64,000 nucleotides of DNA from Tubiluchus corallicola. Taxonomy: Eukaryota > Animalia > Priapulida. Made by a program: the position numbers and the translations under genes. A model generated the notes under the pieces. The model saw only the letters and a list, made by a program, of their open reading frames with translations. It ran no database searches and was not told the DNA's origin. Each line of letters begins with the position of its first letter. The stretch's first letter is position 1. The stretch lies in contig JAQGDQ010000566.1 in assembly GCA_030141605.1 (NCBI GenBank), forward strand, positions 75,306-139,305. The letters are read 5' to 3'. Positions 51,060 through 62,934 of this stretch are shown piece after piece.

Positions 51060-51165
51060 TTCTGCATTGTGACCGTGGTAATGGGCATGATGGAGTAAAA
51101 AAATGCCAGTTATTGCGGGCACTGCGCAGGGGAACGTAATCCAGCGCTGATGTCTGTTGATCAAC
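51060..51165 (-). CDS. Candidate upstream exon of the pentraxin gene
   Basis: Minus strand: acceptor cgtag| at 51166 and strong donor gaa|GTAAGT at 51059. ATG at 51088 gives MPITTVTMQ plus phase 2, joining in frame to 49484 (327-aa model). The true start is uncertain. Confidence 0.45.
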
Positions 51166-52114
51166 CTACGTAGAGGAACGAAGTATAGAGGATACCACAA
51201 TAAGCAATTGACGTCTAGCGTAATGTCAATCATTTTCGTTGACTGCCCAATTTGCATGATGTTCGTATGTTCAAAGGCAAGAGAGACAATATTTTTGTTG
51301 CTCATTTATTGTAAAGCAAGGCTAACTAGTTTAGTTTCTTTATTAAACTTATGTCTCTGCATTTTGTAGTGTTTCGTCTCTACATTCTGTTTAAATTGAA
51401 AAGTTATTTTTATTTTTGGCTACTTGTTAATTTCGTGTAAAAATAGCTGCTGGCTATTTTGTGCTTATGAAGAAGTACAATCAGTTTATCTGCTGATTAG
51501 ACATTAGCTGTGACTGTCATGTTGTTTAGTTTATTAAAGACAGTTGTTGTCCTGCGTAAGCTACTGTCCCGAATGCTGCTGAGCGTGCTTACGTCACAGA
51601 GGAGGCGGAGCGATAGGCCAATATGCCTGACGTCAATTCCAGGTGCTGCTGAGCTAGCAATAACTATATTTTGAGAGTGGCAGCCTCATCACCACTGCCT
51701 CATCTGATGTTAAAGAGGTAATGAGAAACGTGGTGGGGCTGGTGCAAAGTCACTGTCATCATGAAAATTGTCGTCATCGCTGGTGTCGCCGTCACCATTG
51801 TCGTATTCCATTGATCTGCTATCCGCAGGCCACTAGTAAAGGTGCAGTACTGATCTCGCATTCATATAAAACCTGCTGTAATAATATCGTTACATGATTA
51901 TAATTTAAATAACAATACCTGTATGTGAGGGCATCATTATTACATGCGTTTAGTACGATAGAAGCGCTTTATAGAGTGAGATTATTAAGCGGCCACACAC
52001 AATGAGGGCGAAATCATTTAGTGCCACATCTCCCTCATTCACTTATTCAACATGATATAAGTCTGATATCATTATCTGTAAACGTTAATAACAACGTGCT
52101 AATTTCAAATTTAA

Positions 52115-52626
52115 CCCTTTCATACCCGTTGTATCCCGTGGGATACAAGAATATCTTCTGCCTTTGAAATTAATAAAATTTTAAAACTGACAGTTATGTT
52201 ATCTGTTAATAGTTATTTTGATTTAAGCCAATAACAATAGACTAAAAATAGTGATAAAATGGCAAACTAGAAAATCTACATAGCACAAAAACTGTGCAAG
52301 GTACAGTACTTTAGCGACGACTTAGTACAGATCAACATAGCATGCATACTAAATGTCTTAAATACTTTAAAAAATTATCAGCAGTTGCGAAATGAAGCAA
52401 ACTTCAGATTTCCAAAAATACAGAATTTGCTTTTTATCATGTTTAGCAACCATTGAATCGCAATGTATCCCGTGGGTACATATAGTTATAGTTACAGTTA
52501 GGCTATGGTTAGCACACAGGCACAGGTAGAAAAAAATTATTATGTGTAAACAAGATGGACATACTTAACAAAAGGACCAAGCCAAAATTTTTTTCTTATT
52601 AAAAAAATAATTTGGGACTGAAAGGG
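52115..52626. mobile_element. piggyBac-like non-autonomous element
   Basis: TTAA|CCCTTTCATACCC ... GGGACTGAAAGGG|TTAA (11/13 TIR match, TTAA TSD). Internal direct repeat TGTATCCCGTGGG. Confidence 0.85.
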
Positions 52627-53258
52627 TTAAACGAAATTTGCCTATATAATATCGGCAAAATAGTGAACGAATTTGCATCTATCAGAATGTCACTAGCTAT
52701 TTAACATTTCAATTCCACAATATTACACGAACCTTTTGTCTTGTTTAGTTGATAAGTAGTAGTGCCGCAGGTGTGGTATTAACTGGCACCTGTACACATC
52801 TACTTAAATACTCGACAAGTTTTGCATCGTCAGTAGCATAACTGGCATTAAAACTTTTCTGAACCAGGAAGAAGAACCAATGTGGAGGAACTCGCTCTTT
52901 TCTAAGTACTATCGCCACAGGATGTGATTTAGATTTTTCTGTAGCCGTAGTACTTACTGCATAGAGGCGACGTAGACTCATCATGGGAGCACGCAAGAGT
53001 TGTTCCAGGAGAATACAGTAATCATAAATGCTTACCAAACAACTGAACAAAAAAATTAACCAAGCATCACTACTAAGTTAGCAGATCAGTTTGTTTCTTA
53101 TTTGGGGATCTTTTAGGGGCATTTTTTATTTACTGGAGATATCTTTAAAATGGCCGAAGTTGTTTTCCAGACATTTTCACATATTTGCAAAGTAACAAGG
53201 TAAAATGAAATCGGTCGTAAGATACAGTAGTCGGAGTGTGGTCGTATATATCGTGGTA

Positions 53259-53259
<1 letters not shown>

Positions 53260-53293
<34 letters not shown>

Positions 53294-53701
53294 CAATTTA
53301 TTTGCATAACAAGTGTACAAACAACTACAGCAACACTTCATCCATATGAGTGACACAGAAAGCACAGCATGTGAGAACATTCAACGGAAGCAAGTCCTTA
53401 ACACTTGCTTTGCAATTCCTTTATTATACCCAATTTGGTTGTCATGGTAAACAGCTGAGGTGATTTCATATCTGTTATTAGCAATTGTCATGGTTACAAG
53501 CTTTGATATGCCTTCCCAACTCGTTGCTATGACGATCAGCAGGGAACTTCTTTCCCAGTCAGTTGCCATGGTGACGAGCTAGGAACTCCCTTCCCAGTCC
53601 GTTGCTATGGTGACCAGCAGTGAACTTAGCTGACATAGCAGTCATTGATCAAACTGACTTAATGACCGTTGACAACCTAGCCTGTTGCCAGGCATAACTA
53701 G
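53260..53701 (+). mobile_element. Helitron-like element containing a 39-bp-period repeat with X-box-like motifs
   Basis: Starts at a (TA)n run. Ends with hairpin GCCTG-TTGC-CAGGC then ATAA-CTAG|T. Confidence 0.45.
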
Positions 53702-54014
53702 TGTATTATGATATTACGGATAATGTTAACAAAGTTTATTTATTTTTACTATTTTTTATCGTAGAATAACTTAATTAATATTTTATTATGTAATTTGTTT
53801 AATACACTAATTTATTTCAATCCTATTACTCGTCCGGTTTGTTCTCAAAAAATTGAAATGAAAAAGTTTAATGCTCGTACTGTAACAGAATTCTATGTTA
53901 TAATTATGATGATAGTTAAAATTTAATTTCCTACTTAGAAGACGTAAAAGTAGCTAATAGCATAGTTAATATGTTATATATAAAAATCAAATAGCAGAAG
54001 AAATTACAGCATGT

Positions 54015-54036
54015 ATATATATATATATATATACAT

Positions 54037-54086
<50 letters not shown>
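54015..54086. repeat. (TA)n/(TACA)n microsatellite
   Basis: Visible directly. Confidence 0.95.
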
Positions 54087-54089
<3 letters not shown>

Positions 54090-56030
54090 CTTTCTCCATT
54101 TATTCAAATCTTTTTGAAAAAGGGGCCTAATATGAAAGACAAAGGCGACTACCTAATAATTGGGGTGGGGATATATTAACCAATAAAATTAATAGAACGC
54201 ACACAAAATTATGATTGGCTTTCAGTCTGTTAAAATGTTTTTATGGAGTCTATGTAATTAGTACATGGAGCAAAGTTCAAGTGTGTTGTCATTAGGTGTG
54301 GTGATGTCTGCATTAATTGTGCTAAATTAAAATCTATGCGCTCCGAATCTGCGGATTTAATTTTTTTTTGTAAAAAAGGACGTGTTTTAGTATTAAATCT
54401 GACGCTTGGGCGAAATCGGTTTTATGGTAAGAAAATTTTAAATGCATAAAAATATTGATACGGAAATCTTATTTTTTGTAAGAAATGTTTAAAAGCATTA
54501 TCAAAATTGTCTTTGTAAGCAGTGTGATCAAGTCATAAAGCAGTATAAAATTCTTCAAAAAACAATGGATGATTTTTGATGTTTATCTTAAGCGCACATG
54601 TTCAGGAAAATTTAATATTGAGTTGGGTTGGTTTAAGCAATGGTTAGTCCATAATTAAAATGTATTATAAATGTCTCTTCTTAAAGTGCGTGTTAAATGT
54701 GTTATGGTTTGGTTGTAATTTTGCGCTTGACTATGATGTTGCGTTTATTTATGATTTTAAATGTCTGTTAAGGCACGTGTTTTGTAAATATGTCATATTG
54801 TCTGTTGTACATCGTTTGAGCAAGCGATAGCTGTTTTGTTAATTTGACGAGCGATAAGTTAATTTTAGAGTTGCACAAATAAGAAAATTGTCGTGAAAGA
54901 CGCATTACGCTTATGTTGTAAAAATAATTCCGCCGTTGGCGATCTTATGTGTGTTAACGACCTTTTGGTACTGATCGTTCTCTTTGCAATATCAGCGAAC
55001 GACCTAATGTGCTAAAAACTTGTAAATTCTGACCTAAACTGTTAAATTTATGAATTAGATATTATGTAAGCTGCAGCAAATTTTTTCTTTCAAAATTATT
55101 TTTTGTCGTGTGTGACCATTTGCAGAACGTTGATGAATCACCATCACTACATTTTTAATAAAAGAGTTTAAGATTTAGCCTAGTTAGTTTTTAAAGTTTA
55201 ATATTTGAATAGCATTTTAAATTTGTAATTTTGTAATTTTTTAATTTAAATTTAGTTATTAGCTGTCAAACTTTTTTCTTTACTATTTTAACTTGTCCGA
55301 ACTTTCGAAAATCACAAGCTTCTAATTTGCGCGCTCAGTTTTCATATTTTCAAAAGCTCAAAACGTGATTAAGCAAAATGCTATTTATGATAAGAACAAA
55401 ACTTCGTTTCAGATAAAGAGTGTTTTTGTTTGTCCTTCTGTTCGTCTATTGGCTTTGGCACATTACAGAACACAGCTGTGACTGCGTTGCCTATTACTAC
55501 AACCAGACAATTTTCAAACAAAAATCATTACTTCTTTATTGTAAAAACTGTAAAACTAGTTAGTTATCTAACAATTCATTTTCAAGAATTTTATGCTAAT
55601 GTATTTATTGCTAAGTGATTTCGATCAAAATAAATCGTTTTGAGCAAAATACAGAATTAAAAATACCAGTGTGAAAGGCCCTTAGAAATAAATCCGTAAA
55701 GTTGTCACTCTGAACGATTTTTAGGTATTTGTTACATAGTGAACTGTGAGAAGCTAAAATGAGTAAAATCACGTTTATGTGTAAACAACAATTTGAGTAA
55801 TGGCTAAGTAACTGAAGAAGAACGGAACGAAAAAACACGATTTTGGGAGGAATGAGCGAAAAATATTCACACAGATGTATCACAGCCAATTTTAATAACT
55901 CGAAAGTTGCCAACAGCAAAATTTCAGCAAGTTATTACGTCACTAGTCAAAGAGAGCCGTCACGGTTACCCGGGTATTTCAGGTCAAATACAGTGTACAG
56001 TAACTACACACAGAATGGTGGACTTGAGCA

Positions 56031-58560
56031 ATGAGCACCCCACGTGAATGTCGAGTAAACCTACGTGGAATATTTTCTAGATTATTACTATTATTTGTCG
56101 TACTGGCAGGTTTTTATATAATCAACAACATTGTCGTTAAGACAGACAATAATGCGTTTGATCACGTTACTGACGTCAGTAAAAAAAGAGAACTGCTGTT
56201 GTTTGTGAGTGTTATGAGCGCGCCGACTCGCAAGGCAAGACGGGAAGCAATCCGCGCCACGTGGTGGAAATGGTGTGAAAATTTTGATGACACTGTTTGT
56301 GTCTTCTTCACTGACGGACAAGATGAAACTGGAAAAAAATTAACTGATTCAGTATCTGGACCTTTAATGGACGAAGCAGTGCAGTATCGTGATACCGTGC
56401 TGGCAGAGACGCCTGGTGGAATGAATTTTGGCAAGAGAATAACATGGATGATGAAATGGGCGTCAGAAAGTTACGAGTTTAAATACTTCCTGCGTGTGGA
56501 CGATGATACTTTTTTGTGTTTGGAGAAATTGAGAGAGGAATTGAAATTAATAAAGCAAAAGAGGATAAACTGGGGTTGGATGCATTGTCAAAGAAAACAA
56601 CGTAAGTATTTTCGTGGAATAGCCCTACTTTGGGAAGTGTATCATATCTTTCTATGAGCTGTTATGCCAGCCCTGGATTAACCATTAAGCAAAATAACAC
56701 GTGCTTACGGTCCCAATGGAAGGTTTCGCACCGATAATTTCTTCTTGTGAAATGACAATAATAAAGCATGCTTCAGGCCACTTTAGTAGATTATTGACAT
56801 AACTTTTATGTACGGTTCTTATGAATTTTATTATTTCCACTTGCATTGATTTATGTCGTCAAGAAACAAAAGACCTACTAGAATTATACATTGTCACGAG
56901 TAAAATCAAACCTGTGATTTAATATCTATATCTTCGCTTTTTAATATAATAATTATTCCATTTTTCTAATCGCATGTTATCGCATCTTAAAAGCCCACAA
57001 AGTTCTAAAAGAAATGAGTTATGATTCCAGTCTCTGTTTCTGAGAAGTTTCTGCAGGCGCACCTTCACCGATTACTGAGCATCAGAACTACGAATGATAA
57101 CAGTACAAGATAACAAAATTAAATGCTTATCGCGGTTTTGAAGTACTCACACAACTTTCCTAGTGGTCAGTCGGGTAGACATACTGTATAAGTCATACTT
57201 TTGTATCGTGAGCAAATGCAGTCACGAAGACTTAATATAGTAAACATTGTTTGTTTAAGTGCCCACTAAACTAGCTATCTAGGGTTTGTATATAAGTTAA
57301 AATAATAATTTTCAAGTCTTGTTGTGTGTAGTTATTGTAGTCCTTTTGTCGAAGTGCAGAAATGCCGAACTCGTAGATAAAGTGTAATCGTGTAGTTTAT
57401 TGAAGTACAAAAACACCCATAATATTAACACAAAGGAGTGAGCAACTAAAGCCAGAGCAAATAAACGTAGTTTAAGCACAAGTCATAAACTTACATCTCA
57501 ACTGTCCATAACTATCTTCTGCAGCGTTCTGACACTGTTTTTATTCCCTTTTACTGAAATATCATTAGAAAGTCTATTTTTACATGTAACATCAATTCTA
57601 TTTTAGTATTGTCTTTTGTTGACTTGCTAGTCAATGGTCAGCAACTATTCTTAGAGCATTTACTTAACAACAGTTAGCTTAAGACTGATTGGCTGCTTGC
57701 ATGCGTCCGCCCATTGGTCAGCATTGACTAACCTCTGGTCAGTAGCATTGCAGGATATCTATGTAAGCTGGAGTAATGTAATCCGATCCAGTAGCATGCC
57801 AGTGCTTATAGCAGTGCAGATGCGTTTACATATTTGTGGTTCTAGTTTAATGTAACGGTTCAGTGTTTACTAGCATTACACTGCAATCGGACCGTGTTTT
57901 ACATTTCTAACTTGTTAGTAATTAATTCAGCAATATTAATTTTACAAAAAGTTAGTAAACATAAAATATTTGAAAAATTTGTAAATATAAAACATGTGCG
58001 CTTAATCCCATTACTTTAATGCCAAAGTCCTACAATTATTTTTCGTCAAAGTGAAAACCTCCGTTATAGCATCCTCAAAATTAATTTTAAACTTATTCCA
58101 CTGATTTTCAGGTTTTCGACGCATGGATGAGTTCTTTCTTCTTGTCTCTGGAGACATTGTGAGAGAAATTTTATTGAAGCTGCACTCAAAAACACTCATG
58201 TGTCACCAAATTGGAGGTAAGTCAGTGGCTAAATGGCTAGGTGAGATGGAAAACATTACCTACATTGAAGACAACGAGAGAATGCCATGGTTCTTCAGAA
58301 GAAAAACTCATGAAAATCCAGCGGTGTGTGAGAAAAACATAGTTATACATGGTGCTCACCCTTCATCTCTGTACAAACTGTGGAACGTCGTAGAGGATTC
58401 ATCACAGACTTTGAAATTTGACACTCCAGAAAATCTCGTTCAACATTGTCGACTTCCAAAAGCAAATTTTACGGTGATATCACACGAATTTAAGCCATGT
58501 CACAACGAAACATTCATAACAGGGAAGAACTGGTGGGTTGGTAGGAGCAGATATTGGTAG
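56031..58560 (+). CDS. GT31-family glycosyltransferase (beta-1,3-galactosyltransferase-like), type II membrane protein, 2 exons, 339 aa
   Basis: Exons 56031-56601 (c|GTAAGT) and 58112-58560 (ttttcag|), phase 1, 1020 nt. N-terminal [16 protein letters not shown], then LLLFVSVMSAP...RREAIRATW, L..E...Y.D.V, YEFKYFLRVDDDTFLCL (DxD motif). Confidence 0.9.
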
Positions 58561-58844
58561 GAGTAGAAGCTGACAGGAAAAATGTTTCAGTGAATGTTAA
58601 TTTGTGTAGGGCGTGAATTGCACATGGTGCATTTATTTTGTTTGTTAACAAAACGTTTTAAGACATTTATAGAATTATTTGTTTATTTTTATTCACACCC
58701 ATTAGTAAAATACAGTATCCAATAAAATCTATAATAAAAACAATATATATAAAACATGTTGGCAAAAAACATGCAAGTACAATATTTACAAGAGTGTAGT
58801 AAAGACACAAAGAGATTACCTGCTTACATTTTGTACTTTCAAAA

Positions 58845-59110
58845 ACCAAACGGTTTGGCCTAGTGGTAGCTCGTCCACTTTCCGTCTGGGAGGTCGTGAG
58901 TTCCATACTACGGCCGGGTCATACCAAAGACTTTTAAAAATGGTACCTGCTGTTGCCCTGCCTGGCGAGTGGTATTTAGGGCAAAAGTGGGGCAATAATA
59001 GTAACAAAATTCTTGTTTGTTTAATGGGGTCATTACAAATGGGCCTGACTGTACTATTATTAGCTTGAGTTGTTTTCCACCGGAAATGTAACCTGTATTA
59101 TTTTTATTTT
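58845..59110 (+). mobile_element. tRNA-derived SINE with a conserved central domain (Meta-SINE-like)
   Basis: A box TGGCCTAGTGG and B-box-like GAGTTCCATAC, then GGGTCATACCAAAGACTTTTAAAAATGGTACCTGCTGTTGCCCTGCCTGGCG and a (TAT)-rich tail. Confidence 0.7.
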
Positions 59111-61984
59111 CCTTTCAGAGAAAATTAAATCTGTATTGTCACTTTTGAGAGTTGAGGTCTTCGTCAGAGAATAAGAAATTTGTGTTTAATTTAGTAAAAA
59201 AGTCTGCGTGTTGATTAAATTCTTCTGCCTAGGAATATATAGCAACAGTATTACTGTTAGTTTCCTAGTTTGATACTTTTCTCAAATATCTTTCACGCAT
59301 TGTATTGATTTATAACACGCTTTTAACTAAACCTGTTTTATGTCAAAGTTAAAAGATGCAGGCAGACTATCTTAACGAAAAAAAAAAACAATAACGTTAC
59401 ATAACATAGCCTAATTCAAAACCAATTTAAACGGCAATGTGCGTAACACGATGGTCGTTTTTAAAAAACTTTTTATTAATAATCTTTTTGTGAAAATGTA
59501 AACAGTTCTTTGCTGTTAGAGCAATTTAAATTTAGTTTTTGAATTTAGCTTTTATCGACGATTTTACGCGATCTAGAATTTCACTATTGTGTTGCTGTTC
59601 TAAAATCAGCTTAATTGAAATCTATACTTACAACAAGCACTCGAGTTGACAAAATAGCGCCTTTGAGACATTGGGGCACCAAAGTTTTCGAAACCTCAGT
59701 GCTGCAGATACTTATTGGCTGAATTTCGGTCTTTTTAGTTTACTCTTCATCATTTTCAATTGCCAAATAGTTACTTTGGCTTAATTATTTTCAAGAAAAC
59801 AAAATGCACACAATTACCAAGTTTTTCTGAAATAAAATTAACGAACGAAAATGGAATTAATGCTAAAAGTTTTTAACATTACAAGTCCTCTTAAAAATGT
59901 TACAAAATGTTTAGAAAACAATAATATTTTACGGAGACCTCCATTGGCATCATTTGTCAACTTTCTGGACCAGTTTTTAGGATTTCTTTTCCTCCCCACC
60001 CCCTCCGAAACTGTTAATTTCAGAGAAGGTCATTTTTGGAACTATTTTGATTGGCTAGTCCCAGACTCGTGTATCTCTTGCACTAAAAATTAGGTAGTTT
60101 GCCAGTTTAAATTCACACAAGACATGGAATTACTTTGCAAAAAACTGTTTGATTTATAAACTTAGTCCAGTTCTTTTGTAAAAATGTGACTGAAGTACCT
60201 CTTGCCCCGAGGTTTTCTATTTTTATTTCTTCTTTTCGATTTTGCTAACATCAGCATTTTCAACAACGTATTTCTCCGTTATTTCGGCATCAGTTATTTC
60301 TCCACTTAATTACTTCTGCACGTATATAGCCATTTTCATCATCTGTTTGTCTATATTTTATATTTTGGGATATATCACGTTTATTGACGAACAACACAAT
60401 GCAATATACAATACCAAGGTACATGATAAATCGCACGTCACACAATGCATCCCAACACTTTGGTATAATCGTCATAATTATTGAAACAGTAAAAGAAACA
60501 GTAGAAGTTAAACAGTAAATAATATTTACACGTTTAGAAAAATAATATAATTACAATAATGCGTTTTCGCTATCAATTGAATATGATTTTATGTGACTAA
60601 GATATTATTTTCTTCTGTTAAAACAGTCTGTAATATAATTTAAAATTAACTTTGCAAGTTGACTTTCATTTCCATTTATCAGAAAAATAAATTCTTCCTG
60701 TACCGTAAGATTCATGAAGTTTGGGTAAAATTTCATTGATATGAGGAAACAGGCTTTGTCTTAAATCATTATAATAGTTACATTCAAGAATTAAATGCTT
60801 TTCGTCATCAATTTTTTGATCTTTACAAAAATGGCGTAGTCTGTTGTTAAGGGGATTTTAGGTTTGGTGTGTTGGCCCATCTCAATAAGGAGGTTGTGCG
60901 AGGCAACTTTGTAAAGTTTACTCTTTTATTAGCAATAAGTATTTTTAAGTTGATACTTAAGCAGAAGAAATTATTTAATATTTAATATTTAATCATCTTA
61001 TTGGGTAATAAGAACACGTAATAATAATAATAATACAGAGGTGGTAGTTTTTTTTTATTTAATACAGAGCTGGTAGAAAATTATTTAACTTGTTTGATGT
61101 ACTTCTGTTTTTGACACAACGAGTAAAGCTTAGTGTCAGTGATAGTATCATGATAATTTATAATAAATTTCGACACAAGAATGCTTGTTGATTCAATTCT
61201 GGCAGACAACAGTGAAGACAATCTAGAACAGAGTCGGCAATCACTGAGATACAAAAGTAAACGGATTTTATAGATAAACGCTGAAGGAAAAACTGACCGA
61301 AGCCAACTGCCCTTCCCCTTTGACCAGTGGTCAGTGGTCACCACACTGTTGTTCGTCCCCCGCCCAGGGCTACCAACCCTGACATTATATTTTTGACATT
61401 GATCCAAATGTAAAAATTGTACTAAACGAACTTCAAAGTTGTATAAACGCATAAATGAATTGAACGATAATAGTTTTTGATAAGATTAGCGCTGTTAAAA
61501 CAACGCACTAGTAGTACTACTTTGGGTAAGAACAGATTATTCATTAGTAGTCGGAATTCTATGCAAAAATACGAATATATCGAACAGGATCAGATCAGTG
61601 GAGAACTATTTTGGGCAAGTCAGGGCGAACATATATATAATACCAAGCTTGTCAAACAATGACATCAAGTGTTTAGTAGATACATTGTTAGTTAATAAAC
61701 TGAAAACTGAAGAAACTGTAAGAGCATATTTTAATTTAGTTGAATTTATTTGGCACCCACAAAATAATACAATAAAATAAATAAAAACACTAAATTTATG
61801 ACAATAAAAAATAGTCAATAGGGTGTGGAATGTATGCACAGAGATACACTGCTTAAATGGGCCTTATAATGTGATACACAACATTACAGGGTATTCTAAA
61901 TAAAGTAATTTTAAACAATGCAATTTGTTTACATGTGATTATCGTAATACAAATACTGATTTAAATCCAAGGTGTTTAAACGTT

Positions 61985-62275
61985 TCCGAAATAATTTGGT
62001 ATTAAGTGCAGTGACCAAAGATGTCCATTTATATATGATGGTTGGGAATTCCACATTGGCACTACATGATTTGAGAAGAAATGAGCAAAACTAGTTTCGG
62101 AAACGCGTGTCACATATAATTTTAGTGGATGATTCCGCCTAGTGTTAACGGTTATTACACGACTAAAAATACTATACAATACTGTATATATTACTATAAC
62201 ACATGACTAAATCTTTTTAGACGGCTTTCTTCAGGAGACTCTAAATCTAATAGCATAAGTCTCTCAAAGTAAAAA
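61985..62275 (-). mobile_element. CR1-type LINE 3' remnant
   Basis: Peptide NTRRNHPLKLYVTRVSETSFAHFFSNHVVPMWNSQP matches the TRGH.LKL...FFSNRVV..WN.LP C-terminus of CR1-clade ORF2. Confidence 0.7.
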
Positions 62276-62934
62276 ACTTTAAAAGTTTAAATCACATCTG
62301 TAGAAAACTCCACGTGTGAAATATCTTTAGAATCGGTGGTGCGATTTAGGATTAATGATTAATGTTGTATACTAATGACATTTCATTATGTTAATATAGT
62401 TATTATCAATGAAAATAAGTAAGTAGGTACTTTCAGTACTGCGTAATTAACTTGTCTATATTTTCTGGTAATTAGCAAACATTAGCCTTAATATCTAAAC
62501 AAATGATGTTTACTAGTTTATGGTTAATATCCTGGAATATACACACAACATATATATATGCTGTTGCTGAATCTGGTGTCGGAAGCTATGGTATGGAGTA
62601 ACATCGGTAACAGGAGTTGCAGGACACGCAGAGGAAGGATGCTGCTTTCATCAACTAGCTGCATAGTGCATATTATTTAGAGATAAGCCTGGTTGTCTTA
62701 ATGTTGAACTTGTACTTTTTTTTAAATAGATTAAAGTTGACATTACGTAGCTATTGTTATGCTTATTTTACTATGTTATGTGATAGCTTTGGTTATTATC
62801 GCGTAATAATAAGACTGTTTTAATCGTCTGCTCTGTAATTCTTGAGCACAGGAAAGCATCTTGTTTGTTTGGAATTCTTCAGCAATTGACCATCCACACA
62901 TCAAGAAGTTCGAATTAGGAAATTAATCGTTACA

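Noticed and set aside
54150-55100. Possible decayed LINE ORF on the minus strand
   Set aside because: Composition is suggestive, but I could not read a convincing RT or endonuclease motif.
57320-57880. Possible solo LTRs (TG...CA) here and at ~62562-62934
   Set aside because: No matching TSD, PBS/PPT or second copy visible.
28362-58560. Functional gene cluster linking Amt, pentraxin and GT31
   Set aside because: Adjacent eukaryotic genes on mixed strands with unrelated functions; nothing in the sequence supports co-regulation.
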